Below, piece after piece: positions 46,382 through 55,806 of a stretch of DNA of 64,000 nucleotides. Under the pieces are notes generated by a model, which searched no databases, was not told the DNA's origin, and was given only the letters and a program-made list of their open reading frames with translations. Numbering within the stretch: position 1 is the first letter of the stretch; the number at the start of each line of letters is the position of its first letter. The position numbers and the translations under genes were made by a program. Origin of the DNA: an uncultured Chloroflexia bacterium (GTDB lineage: Bacteria; Chloroflexota; Limnocylindria; Limnocylindrales; CSP1-4); contig CAVXPZ010000001.1 of NCBI GenBank assembly GCA_963763775.1, positions 704,001 to 768,000 on the forward strand. The letters are read 5' to 3'.

Positions 46382-48682
46382 CTAGCGGCGCTTGCGGTCC
46401 CGGCGACGGAACGCGAGGCGCAGCAGGTTCAGCCGCAGCCGGCGCTCGGCGAGCCGCAGCGCCCGGATCCGGTCGTCGCCCAGGATGCCGCGCCCGTAGG
46501 CGGTCTCGACCTTCGCCGTGGCGACGGTCTCCAGCTCGGGTCTCATGATCGGCAGGACGTCGCCGAGGACGCCCGAGTACTCGTATACGGTCTGGTCGGG
46601 CCGCGGGCCGAAGCCGAACCGGGCCGCCAGGCGCGTCACGGTGCGGTAGGCGTGGTCGGCGGTCGTCCCTGACCGCGGCCCGCGCTGCCACGCGATGAAC
46701 GCGAGCCCCCCGACGATCGCGGCGAGGAGCAGGCCGATGGCGATGAACGACCCGATCGGGAAGCCGCGCTTGGCCGTCGAGGTGTTGTTGTTCGGATCGA
46801 ACTCCGACTCACGAGGGCGGGTCGGCGCCGCGACCGGCGGTCGCGAGCCGATCGGCGGGAGTGTCGCCCCGGCGACGCCGGGCGGCAGCACTTCCTGTTT
46901 CGAGACGCTGCCCCCGGTGGGGTCGAAGCCATACCACCCGTACCCGGGGAAGTAGACCTCCACCCATTGGTGCCGGCTGCCGCCCTTGATGACCTCCAGG
47001 CCCTGGGGGTTGCGCGTCCCGGGCAGGAAGCCCTCGACGACCCGGGCCGGGATCCCCTTCTCCCGCAGGAAGATGGCCATGGTCGAGGCGTACCACTGGC
47101 AGAAGCCCACGCGGTACGTCGAGAAGCACTCGACCACGGAGATGTCCTTGCACTCCCCGGCGAGGAGGTAGTTGACATCGGTCTGATAGTCGAAGAACCC
47201 GCCGTCCTTCTGGGACTGGACGAAGCGCCGGCGCAGGTAGTCGGCGAAGTCGTAGGGCGTCGTCAGGTCCTTGGCCTCGGTCACGAGCTGCTGGTAGAGC
47301 GCCGTGGCATTCGGGCCCATCGCCCCGTCGGGCACGGCCGTGTAGAGGCTCTCGATCTCCGGCGGGTAGTTCGTTCCCGCGGCCTCGAGGGCGGCGACGT
47401 TGAGCTCGCCGGGGTCGTTGCCCTCCGGTCGGATCCGGGCAGTCACGGTGTAGGGATCGCCCGATCGTCGGTTGGCGATGTTGAGATAGCCGTCGTCCCC
47501 GACGACGCTGGCGGACGTCGGCGTGTCGACCGCGATCGGCGTCAGCGGGGACAGGAGGAATGACCCCGCGCCGGCGGCCGGGGTGACCTCGATCTTCTCG
47601 GTCACGAGCCCATCGGCGACCTGGTCGGCCGTCTCCATCGCGGCCGTCGCGAGCAATGGGTCGCCAGCGGCGATATCGACCTTCGTCGCCTGCTCGCTGG
47701 GGACCCAGCCGTTCATGACGAACTTGTCATACGTGACGACCCGCCAGTAGTAGTGACGCTTGTCGGTCACCGGGACCTTGACGGTCGCGATGTCGACGTT
47801 GTTGGGCTGCCACTTGCCCCGGATGCTGGTCGAGCTGGCATCGAAATCGCTCCCGAACGGGCGCGTGTTGCCGCCGGTCGGCACGAACCGCTCGATATAG
47901 CGGGACAGGTCCGCGAACGTGTTGCTGAACCCCGACCACGAGCCTTCGAGGGGCGCGGACCGAGCGACGTTGGTCAGGAGCAGCGACCCCACCACGGCGA
48001 CGGCGATGAAGATCGAGCCGCCCCGCAGGTACACGCCGGAGATCGAGGCGGGATCGCCGATCCGTCGCCGCACCCACTCGGTCTGCTCGTCGAGGACGTG
48101 GAAGCGGACGAGCAGGAACATCGAGGCGAGGGTGAACAGCACCAGGTAGACGAGCTGGTCGCTCAGCGACAGCGACATGTTGACGAGCAGCAGCAGCCCG
48201 ACGACGACGATCGCGTTGAGCGGCCGGTGGTGCCCGAAGACCGCGTACGACGCGAACATCGACGTGGCCCACACGAGAAGCCCGAGGAACAGCATGTAGT
48301 GGGCGTACTCGTTGGTCAGCGGCAGCCCGATGACGACGAGGTCGATGACCGCCTGGACCATCGAGGTCGCCGTCGCGTCGAACGCGGCCGTGAGGGACGG
48401 CTCGACGTCCGGCAACTGCGCCCCGACGATGAGTGGCACGATCAAGGCAGCGAAGCAGGCCCCGACCAGGTACGTCAGCCAGCGGCCCCACCCGACTTTC
48501 GGCCCGACGAACCCGAACAGGACGCCCATGACCGCGACCGGCGCCAGGAAGTCGGTGAAGGCGCCGTTCCCCAGGACGAGGGCGACGTCATCGATGGACC
48601 ACGCCATCGTCAGGCACAGGACCATGACGAGCCCGAGCGTGATCCAGCCCTCCGCGGGTGCGAGCGGGATGCGGCGATTCAT
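46382..48682 (-). CDS. transglutaminase-like membrane protein (TgpA-like)
   Basis: N-terminal TMs, YWR, GFCQWYAS, HQWVEVY, FDPT. Confidence 0.88.
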   Translation of the reverse strand: MNRRIPLAPAEGWITLGLVMVLCLTMAWSIDDVALVLGNGAFTDFLAPVAVMGVLFGFVGPKVGWGRWLTYLVGACFAALIVPLIVGAQLPDVEPSLTAAFDATATSMVQAVIDLVVIGLPLTNEYAHYMLFLGLLVWATSMFASYAVFGHHRPLNAIVVVGLLLLVNMSLSLSDQLVYLVLFTLASMFLLVRFHVLDEQTEWVRRRIGDPASISGVYLRGGSIFIAVAVVGSLLLTNVARSAPLEGSWSGFSNTFADLSRYIERFVPTGGNTRPFGSDFDASSTSIRGKWQPNNVDIATVKVPVTDKRHYYWRVVTYDKFVMNGWVPSEQATKVDIAAGDPLLATAAMETADQVADGLVTEKIEVTPAAGAGSFLLSPLTPIAVDTPTSASVVGDDGYLNIANRRSGDPYTVTARIRPEGNDPGELNVAALEAAGTNYPPEIESLYTAVPDGAMGPNATALYQQLVTEAKDLTTPYDFADYLRRRFVQSQKDGGFFDYQTDVNYLLAGECKDISVVECFSTYRVGFCQWYASTMAIFLREKGIPARVVEGFLPGTRNPQGLEVIKGGSRHQWVEVYFPGYGWYGFDPTGGSVSKQEVLPPGVAGATLPPIGSRPPVAAPTRPRESEFDPNNNTSTAKRGFPIGSFIAIGLLLAAIVGGLAFIAWQRGPRSGTTADHAYRTVTRLAARFGFGPRPDQTVYEYSGVLGDVLPIMRPELETVATAKVETAYGRGILGDDRIRALRLAERRLRLNLLRLAFRRRDRKRR

Positions 48683-49935
48683 CGGGTCAGGATCTCGCCG
48701 AGCGGGCGCCCGGGCGTGATCGCGTACGAGGGGAGCTCGTACTCCGCGAGGGCGTGGCGCAGCGCGCGCACTCGTTTGGCGTTGGCCTCCTCGACCGCCG
48801 GGTCGACGGTGGACCGCTCGCCGGTGACGGCGGCGGTGGCCTCGCGGGCCGCCTTGTCATAGGCGGACGCGTCGAGCGTGATGGCGACGCACGAGACGCC
48901 GCGGGAGCGCAGGCTCGCCAGCGGCCGGACCCAGGACGGGTCGAGCGACGAGGTGATCACGACGGCGGTCATGCCTCGCCGGAGCCGGCCGACCGAGCCC
49001 ACCAGGGTCTCGACGAGTGGCGACGGGCCGTCGGCCTCCACGGCCGCGAGGAGTTGCATGATCTTCTGATGCTGCCGGCCGCCGCGATCGGCGGGCAGGA
49101 ACGCGGTCCGACCGGCGTTGACCGTCATGCCGACGGCGCGGTTCTCGGCGATCGCCTTGTCCGAGATGGCGGCGGCGGCGCGGATCGCCGCCTCGGTCGT
49201 CGATTCGTCGCCGCGACCGCCCGCGATCCCGCGCTGGAGATCCAGGATGATCCACGCGTCGGCGGTCTGCTCGAGGTCGAACTCCTTGACCTGGATCTCG
49301 CCATGCCGGGCCGTCGTCTTCCAGTGGATGCGATTCATGCTGTCGCCCGGGGCGTAGGGGCGCACGGTCGTGGCCAGCGGCGTCGTCTGGAGGGTTCGCA
49401 CCGGAGCGGCGTGGCTGCCCTCGAGGATGGCCGACGGCAGACGCCACGCCGGGATCGGCTCGAGCCGCGGATAGACGACCACCGAGACCCCCTGGCCGAC
49501 GGTCGCCGCGGCCTCGAAGAACCCGAACGGGTCGCCGGTCCGGATATGGAGCGGCTCGATGCGGAAGTGGCCGCGCCGCGTGAGGGGCACGCGGATCAGC
49601 CACGACCGCTCGTTGTGACCGGGCAGCGTGATGGCGCGACCCGGGAGACCGCCCGGCAGGGTCGTGGGGTTGTGGATCTCCAGCCAGAGCTTCGGCAGCC
49701 GACTGCCGTTGCGGAGCGTGTACGTGACCCGCATCCGGTCGCCGACGTGGCCGTGGAGCTGGCTCACCGCGTACCCGGCCTCCAGATCGGTGAGCCCGAG
49801 GCGCACGAGGACGTAGGAGCCGCCGATGACGAGGATCGCGAGGTAGAGCAGGTAGAAGAGGAACGGCTGCCCCGTCGAGAACGCGGCGACCACGAGGACC
49901 GTGGCGACGATCAGCACTTCGAGGCGGCGGATCAC
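48679..49935 (-). CDS. DUF58 (vWA-like) protein
   Basis: TRRG, DPFG, VYP, VRPYAPGDS..RIHWKTTAR. Confidence 0.9.
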   Translation of the reverse strand: MIRRLEVLIVATVLVVAAFSTGQPFLFYLLYLAILVIGGSYVLVRLGLTDLEAGYAVSQLHGHVGDRMRVTYTLRNGSRLPKLWLEIHNPTTLPGGLPGRAITLPGHNERSWLIRVPLTRRGHFRIEPLHIRTGDPFGFFEAAATVGQGVSVVVYPRLEPIPAWRLPSAILEGSHAAPVRTLQTTPLATTVRPYAPGDSMNRIHWKTTARHGEIQVKEFDLEQTADAWIILDLQRGIAGGRGDESTTEAAIRAAAAISDKAIAENRAVGMTVNAGRTAFLPADRGGRQHQKIMQLLAAVEADGPSPLVETLVGSVGRLRRGMTAVVITSSLDPSWVRPLASLRSRGVSCVAITLDASAYDKAAREATAAVTGERSTVDPAVEEANAKRVRALRHALAEYELPSYAITPGRPLGEILTR

Positions 49936-49977
49936 GCGCTCAGGCCTCCGCGCGGCATCGCTGGGTCGATCCTGTCC

Positions 49978-50985
49978 CTACGCGCCCGGGACCGCCGTCG
50001 AGCCGGTCGCGTCCCGCAGGCCGGTCGGGCCTCCGGTCCCGGTCGGCCGGATGCCGTCGATGGACGTCGTCTCGAGCAGCTCGCGGACGACCTGGCCGGC
50101 CTGGACGTCGTGGATCGACGAGCTGGTCTTGATGATCAGCCGGTGGGCCAGGGCGGGCTCCGCGAGGGCCTTGATGTCGTCCGGGATCACGTAGTCGCGG
50201 CCGAGGAGCCCGGCGAGCGCCTGCCCGGCGCGATACAGCGCGATCGACCCGCGGGGCGAGGCGCCGAGGTAGACGTCGGGATGGTTCCGCGTCGAGTTCA
50301 CGAGGCGCACGATGTAGTCCGAGACGCTCGGGTCCACGTAGATCTCCCGGACCGAGTCCTGCAGCTCGCGCAGGTCGTCGACCGTGAGGACTTCCTCGAT
50401 ATCCTCGAGCGGGTGGCTCCGCTTCTGCTCGTCGAGGATCATGATCTCCTCGAGCGGCTGCGGGTAGCCGAGGCGGATGCGGAGCATGAAGCGGTCCAGC
50501 TGCGCCTCGGGGAGCGCGAACGTGCCCTCGTACTCGATCGGGTTCTGCGTCGCGATGACGAGGAAGGGATCCGGCATCTGGTAGGTCGTGCCGTCGATGG
50601 TCGCCTGCCGCTCCTCCATGCACTCGAGCAGGGAGGACTGCGTCTTGGGCGTCGCGCGGTTGATCTCGTCCGCGAGGACGACCTGGCTCATGATCGGCCC
50701 GGGCCGGAACTCGAACTCCTGGGTCTTCTGGTTGTAGATCGAGAGCCCCGAGACGTCCGACGGGAGCAGGTCCGGCGTGAACTGGATGCGCCGGAACGAG
50801 CAGCCGAGGCTGCGGGCGATCGCTTTCGCGAGGACGGTCTTGCCGGTCCCCGGCACGTCCTCGATCAGCAGGTGGCCGCGGCACAGCAGCGCGACCAGGG
50901 CGAGACGGACTTCGTGATGCTTGCCGACGATGACGCGCTCGACGTTGGCGAGGACTCGGTCGCCGGTCTCCTGGATCTTGCTCAT
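49978..50985 (-). CDS. moxR: MoxR-family AAA+ ATPase
   Basis: [43 protein letters not shown]. Confidence 0.93.
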   Translation of the reverse strand: MSKIQETGDRVLANVERVIVGKHHEVRLALVALLCRGHLLIEDVPGTGKTVLAKAIARSLGCSFRRIQFTPDLLPSDVSGLSIYNQKTQEFEFRPGPIMSQVVLADEINRATPKTQSSLLECMEERQATIDGTTYQMPDPFLVIATQNPIEYEGTFALPEAQLDRFMLRIRLGYPQPLEEIMILDEQKRSHPLEDIEEVLTVDDLRELQDSVREIYVDPSVSDYIVRLVNSTRNHPDVYLGASPRGSIALYRAGQALAGLLGRDYVIPDDIKALAEPALAHRLIIKTSSSIHDVQAGQVVRELLETTSIDGIRPTGTGGPTGLRDATGSTAVPGA

Positions 50986-51195
50986 CGGCCTCTCTCGCGG
51001 GTTGGGCGTCGAAGGGGACGCCACGGGCGGGCGGGGGTCAGGGGTGCGACGAGCTCGAGTCGGCTCGTGTGTCGTCGCAGGATAGTACGTCCTTCCATCC
51101 AAAACGGTTCCCGGGCCCTTCCTCCGGTCCTACCGTATAGATGCCATCCGGCACCGGAATCGTTCAATGGTTTCTCATCGGCGTCTCAGACGCGT

Positions 51196-51363
51196 TCAAC
51201 CGCGCAGGAGCGTCAGCGTCCCGACCCATAGGGTCATGAGGCAGCCGACCCCGCCCATCACCGCGAGGAACGGCTCGCCGCCGACCCACGACGCCAGGGC
51301 GACACCGCCGAACATGATCGCGAGCACGAGCGCGATGGCGGCCAGACCGATCCGCTCGAGCAT
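51196..51363 (-). CDS. 55-aa two-TM membrane peptide (below ORF-track threshold)
   Basis: Manual translation MLERIGLAAIALVLAIMFGGVALASWVGGEPFLAVMGGVGCLMTLWVGTLTLLRG; AAGGAG upstream; may extend to GTG 51473 across an indel. Confidence 0.68.
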   Translation of the reverse strand: MLERIGLAAIALVLAIMFGGVALASWVGGEPFLAVMGGVGCLMTLWVGTLTLLRG

Positions 51364-51473
51364 CGGCCGAGGCTCCTTCGGCGTGGGCTGGGGCGCGGTC
51401 GCCTCAAGGCGCGTGCGCAGGCGCTTGCCGGCGCGGGGGTGTCAGGCGCGGTCGGCGCCGGCTCGTCACCCAC

Positions 51474-52970
51474 TCAGTCGCCCCGCAGGTAGCGGGTCAT
51501 GAGGTCGCCGGCGATCGGGGCAGCGACCTCGCCGCCACGTCCCGCCTGCTCGACGATGACGGCGATGGCGACGGTCGGCGCCTCGGCCGGGGCGAACCCG
51601 ATGAACCACGAATGCGGTTCGCCGGTCCCGCCCAGCTCGGCCGTCCCGGACTTGCCCGCGGTGGTCACCCCCGGGACCTTGGCGCCGGACGTGAACCGGC
51701 CACCGAGCGGGCCCTCCACCGCCTGGACCATCGCCGCGTTGATCTCGCGGGCCTCGGCTGCGGGCAAGACCTCGGCCATCCGGCTTGGCGAGATCGTCCG
51801 TGTGCCGCTCTGCTTGCCGGTCAGCCCGGTCACGAGGTGCGGGCTCATGAGGACCCCGTCATCCGCGACCGTGGACGCGACGAGCGCCATCTGGAGCGGT
51901 GTCACGAAGGTCTCCGCCTGCCCGTAGGCCGCATTGGCGAGCTCCACGTCATCGGTGAAGCCGCCGGGCTCGGGGCCGTCGCCGCCGGTCACCTGCGAGA
52001 CCGAGGTCGGGAGATCGAACGGGATCGGCGCATCGAAGCCCATGCGCTCAGCGTACCGGACGAGCTCCGCGCCGCCCGTCTTGAGTCCCGTCAGCGCGTA
52101 CCAGATGTTGCACGAGACCTCCGTCGCGTGGAGGAAGTCGAGCGCGGTCGAGCCGGTCTCCGGGTGATGGCCGTCGCGGACCCGGAAGCCATCGACCAAC
52201 AGGCCGGTCTTCTCAGCCTTGGGCTGTTCCTTGTACGTCGTCGCGGGCGTGACCGCGCCCGAGCCGATGCCCGCGATCGCGGTGACGATCTTGAACACCG
52301 ACCCGGGCACATACCGGCCGATGGTGGCGCGCGGCAGGAGCGGCTGGTCCGGATCGTCGATGAGCCCCTCGAACGTCTTCACCGACGTCGTCGGATCGGC
52401 GATGGCCGAGGCGTCGTACGTCGGCGTCGACGCGAGGGCGAGGATCTCGCCCGTCCGCGGGTCGAGCATCACGACGGCGCCCTTGTGCTTGCCGAGGGCC
52501 CGCACGGCGGCGCGCTGGAGGTCGAGCGACAGCGAGAGCGTCAGGGACTTCGGGTCGTACGGCGTGGCCCCGAACTTGCGCAGCGCGTCGGCGACCGGAT
52601 CGCCGGCCAGACCGGCGAGCTCCGCGTCGTACGAGCGCTCGAGCCCGGCCCGACCGTACCGCCGCGACGCATACCCCACGACCTGGCTGATCGCATCGCC
52701 GGCGTAGACCCGGTAGTACTCGCCGTTCGCATCCTTCTCGTTCCGTGCGAGGACCTTGCCGTCCCGGTCGAGGATCCGGCCGCGCGGCACGGTGCGCGCG
52801 GCCGCGACCACCGCCGGGTCGTAGGGCGACCGGACGAGTTCCGGCGCGCGCACGACGCCCCAATAGCCGAGGGCCGCCGCCAGGGTCCCGAAGCCGAGGG
52901 ACAGGACGATCGCGACGTGCATGATCCCGCGACCGAGCGGACGCCGGGTGGTCTCGATGGTTCGCGTCAT
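51474..52970 (-). CDS. pbpA: class B penicillin-binding protein (PbpA-like)
   Basis: SVFK (SxxK), SCN (SxN), KSG motifs; N-terminal TM. Confidence 0.88.
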   Translation of the reverse strand: MTRTIETTRRPLGRGIMHVAIVLSLGFGTLAAALGYWGVVRAPELVRSPYDPAVVAAARTVPRGRILDRDGKVLARNEKDANGEYYRVYAGDAISQVVGYASRRYGRAGLERSYDAELAGLAGDPVADALRKFGATPYDPKSLTLSLSLDLQRAAVRALGKHKGAVVMLDPRTGEILALASTPTYDASAIADPTTSVKTFEGLIDDPDQPLLPRATIGRYVPGSVFKIVTAIAGIGSGAVTPATTYKEQPKAEKTGLLVDGFRVRDGHHPETGSTALDFLHATEVSCNIWYALTGLKTGGAELVRYAERMGFDAPIPFDLPTSVSQVTGGDGPEPGGFTDDVELANAAYGQAETFVTPLQMALVASTVADDGVLMSPHLVTGLTGKQSGTRTISPSRMAEVLPAAEAREINAAMVQAVEGPLGGRFTSGAKVPGVTTAGKSGTAELGGTGEPHSWFIGFAPAEAPTVAIAVIVEQAGRGGEVAAPIAGDLMTRYLRGD

Positions 52971-54409
52971 GCGGCAGCCCGGCGACCGAAGCGTCGCCAG
53001 CGTCGAGGAGCGGCGGGCGGTGGCGGTGGCTCGACCCCCTTGTCGGACAGGGCGAGCAGGAGCCCGATGACGAGGGCATTCGCCAGCAGCGACGAGCCGC
53101 CGTAGCTGATGAACGGAAGCGTCACGCCGGTCAGCGGCAGGACCTTGAGGTTCCCGGCCGCGATGATGAAGGCCTGGATCCCGATGACGAGCGACAACCC
53201 GATCGCGAGCAGCGCCCGGAAGTCGTCCGCCGCGGCCGCTCCGATGCGCAGGCCTCGCTCCACGACGACGAGGAACAGCCCCAGGATCGCCAGCACCCCC
53301 ACGATCCCGAGTTCCTCACCGAGCGCGGCCAGCGGGAAGTCCGTGTGGATCTCGGGGATCGGGAGGTTGCCGCTGACCTCGGGCAGGCCGGCACCGAACC
53401 CGACCCCGAGGAGGCCGCCGCGCGCGAACGCATGGAGCGCCTGGACGACCTGGTACCCGGTTCCCAGCGGGTCGGCGAACGGGTCGAGCCAGACGTCGAT
53501 CCGCACGCGGACGTGCTCGAACAGCTGGGCCATGAGGAAGCTGCCGAGCACGAACAGGACGAGGCCGATGATGACGAGGCTCACGCGACCGGTCGCGACA
53601 TAGACGAGCGCGAGGAAGACGCCGAAGAACAGCAGGGCCGCGCCGAGGTCGCGCTGGACCACCACGATGAGCAGGGCGATCGCCCACATCGCCACCATCG
53701 GGGCGAGGTACGGCAGCGGCGGCAGCCGCAGCGGCCCCACACGGGTGTCCTGCTCCACCAGGAGCGGGCGGTTCTCCGAGAGGTACCCGGCGAGGAAGAC
53801 GACGAGGATCACCTTGAGGAGCTCCGACGGCTGGCCGCCCAACGGGCCGACCTGGAGCGTGAGGCGCGTCCCGTTGATCTCGGTCCCGAGGACGAACGTG
53901 AGCAGCAGGAGGCCGACGCCGGCGGCGGCCCACGTGTACTTGTAGCGGCGCAGCCACGCATCGGACCGAACGACGATGCCGAGGGTCGTCGCGATGGCGA
54001 TGGCGAGGAGCAGCCACACGAGCTGGACCTGGGCGAGCCCGACGGTCTGGCCGAACCAGGTCTGTGTGACCAGGTCCTGCGGCAGCCGCTCCATCAACAG
54101 GAGGGAGATCCCGCCGAGCAGCCCCACCACCGGCAGGAGGACCTGGTCGGTCCGGCGTCCGGCGAGCACCTGCGCGAGATGCGAGGCCGCCAGCGCCCCG
54201 AGGTAGACGGCCATCGCCGCCGGGTCCGCGAGCGCGAGTCTCCCCTCGACGGTCGTTCCCAGCGACAGGCTCCCGACCACCAGGGTGATCCCGACCAGGA
54301 TGAGGAGCCGCCCTTCCTCCCCGCGCGGCCGTGGGCGGATCCGGCTCAGCGCTCGGGGCAGGGCTGGCGTCGTGCGCCGTGGCGTCGCCTCGGGTGTCGC
54401 CGCCGTCAT
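52967..54409 (-). CDS. rodA: SEDS-family peptidoglycan glycosyltransferase
   Basis: QPSELLK, RDLG, GYQ, HTDF, PLTGVTLPFISYGGSS. Confidence 0.92.
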   Translation of the reverse strand: MTAATPEATPRRTTPALPRALSRIRPRPRGEEGRLLILVGITLVVGSLSLGTTVEGRLALADPAAMAVYLGALAASHLAQVLAGRRTDQVLLPVVGLLGGISLLLMERLPQDLVTQTWFGQTVGLAQVQLVWLLLAIAIATTLGIVVRSDAWLRRYKYTWAAAGVGLLLLTFVLGTEINGTRLTLQVGPLGGQPSELLKVILVVFLAGYLSENRPLLVEQDTRVGPLRLPPLPYLAPMVAMWAIALLIVVVQRDLGAALLFFGVFLALVYVATGRVSLVIIGLVLFVLGSFLMAQLFEHVRVRIDVWLDPFADPLGTGYQVVQALHAFARGGLLGVGFGAGLPEVSGNLPIPEIHTDFPLAALGEELGIVGVLAILGLFLVVVERGLRIGAAAADDFRALLAIGLSLVIGIQAFIIAAGNLKVLPLTGVTLPFISYGGSSLLANALVIGLLLALSDKGVEPPPPPAAPRRWRRFGRRAAA

Positions 54410-54843
54410 CGGCGCGCCCGCTCGAGGCGCAGGCGGACCTGCCCGATCTGGATCTCGTCGCCGAACGTCAGCGGCGACACGCCCTCGACCGGCGAGCCGT
54501 TGATGAAGGAGCCGTTCGTGCTGCCGAGATCCTCCAGGTACCAGCCGCGACCTCGGAACGTCAGGATCGCGTGCTCGGCGGACGCGAACGGGTCGTCGAC
54601 GACGATCGAGTTGTTCACGTCGCGCCCGAGCGTGGTGATGGCATCGAGCGAGATCGCCGAACCGGCGGGCGGCTCACCGTCTGGCGAGGCGACGACCACG
54701 AGCCGCCCGAGCTCCGAGGCGCGCTCGCGCGTCGCGGCACCCAGGTCCCGCAGCAGGGCCCGGACGACGCGGTAGAGGAAGACGTAGAGGAGTCCGAGGA
54801 AGAGGATCCGGAGCAGCCAAAGGACGATGAGGATCCCGTCCAT
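54406..54843 (-). CDS. fhaB: TM + FHA domain protein (FhaB/FipA-like)
   Basis: N-terminal TM; GR, S..H and STNG FHA motifs. Confidence 0.85.
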   Translation of the reverse strand: MDGILIVLWLLRILFLGLLYVFLYRVVRALLRDLGAATRERASELGRLVVVASPDGEPPAGSAISLDAITTLGRDVNNSIVVDDPFASAEHAILTFRGRGWYLEDLGSTNGSFINGSPVEGVSPLTFGDEIQIGQVRLRLERARR

Positions 54844-55622
54844 CAGGACGGGGCCTCGTCCACCTCGACCTCGAGTGTCGTGGAACCGACGTGGATGCGG
54901 TCGCCGGCCCCCAGCACGACCTCGGTCACGCGATGGCCGTTGACCTCGGATCCGTTCGTGCTCTCGAGGTCGCTGTAGACCAGCGTGCCGCGTCGGCCGG
55001 CGATCCGTCCGTGGTGCCGAGAGACGCGCTCGTCGCGGAGCACGAGGTCGTTGTCGGTGGCGCGTCCGATGGTGACGCCCGCCCCGATCCCCACTTCGCG
55101 CGTCGCGCCGGACCCGTCCGTCACGCGGAGGCGCGCGCGCGGCGCGCTCGGCCGCGGCACCGCGAAGACCATGGTCGCGAGCGGGTCGGTCAGGTCACCC
55201 GGGGCCTCGACCCCCGCGCTGCTGTCCTCCGGCGGTCGGACGCGGCCGCCGATCGGGTCGGCGAATCGCGCGTCGACGCGGATATCCGACCGCTCGACGG
55301 CGGGATCCGCGAGCAGGTCGACCCGAGGGCGGTCGACCAGCGTGTAGTGATGCGCCCGCGCGAACAGCAGCGCGGCATCCGCGAGCTCGGTGGCGAGCGA
55401 TCGCTCGATGTCCTCGAACCCGGCCAGATCGGACGGGTGGAGGTGCACCACGAACCGGTTCGGCACGAGCGTCCGGTCCGACGCCGCCAGTCGTTCGGCC
55501 TCCATCGCGCGCTCGATGCGACGTTGTACCTGGACGGGCTGGAGTCGGGTCCGGAACAGCCGGGCGGACGGGCGCTCGAAGAGGCGTTCGAAGAACCGCT
55601 CGATGGCGGCTAGCGGCGGCAT
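54843..55622 (-). CDS. fhaA: DUF3662 + FHA domain protein (FhaA-like)
   Basis: LQPV..VPNRF N-domain; IGR, SRHH and STNG motifs. Confidence 0.87.
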   Translation of the reverse strand: MPPLAAIERFFERLFERPSARLFRTRLQPVQVQRRIERAMEAERLAASDRTLVPNRFVVHLHPSDLAGFEDIERSLATELADAALLFARAHHYTLVDRPRVDLLADPAVERSDIRVDARFADPIGGRVRPPEDSSAGVEAPGDLTDPLATMVFAVPRPSAPRARLRVTDGSGATREVGIGAGVTIGRATDNDLVLRDERVSRHHGRIAGRRGTLVYSDLESTNGSEVNGHRVTEVVLGAGDRIHVGSTTLEVEVDEAPS

Positions 55623-55806
55623 GGTCGGTGGCGGAGGCTACCACAGGGCCGCGAAATACCCGGCCAAGAAGGTGGTGCGCCCCGGGACCATCCGCGATAT
55701 GGCCCGGTACCCCCGTCGGGGGAACGCTGGAACCCCTGGGATATACTCTCGGCCCTGTTCGGACGGTCCCGATCGTCCTTGCATGTCCGACGCGCACCGG
55801 GGCACC

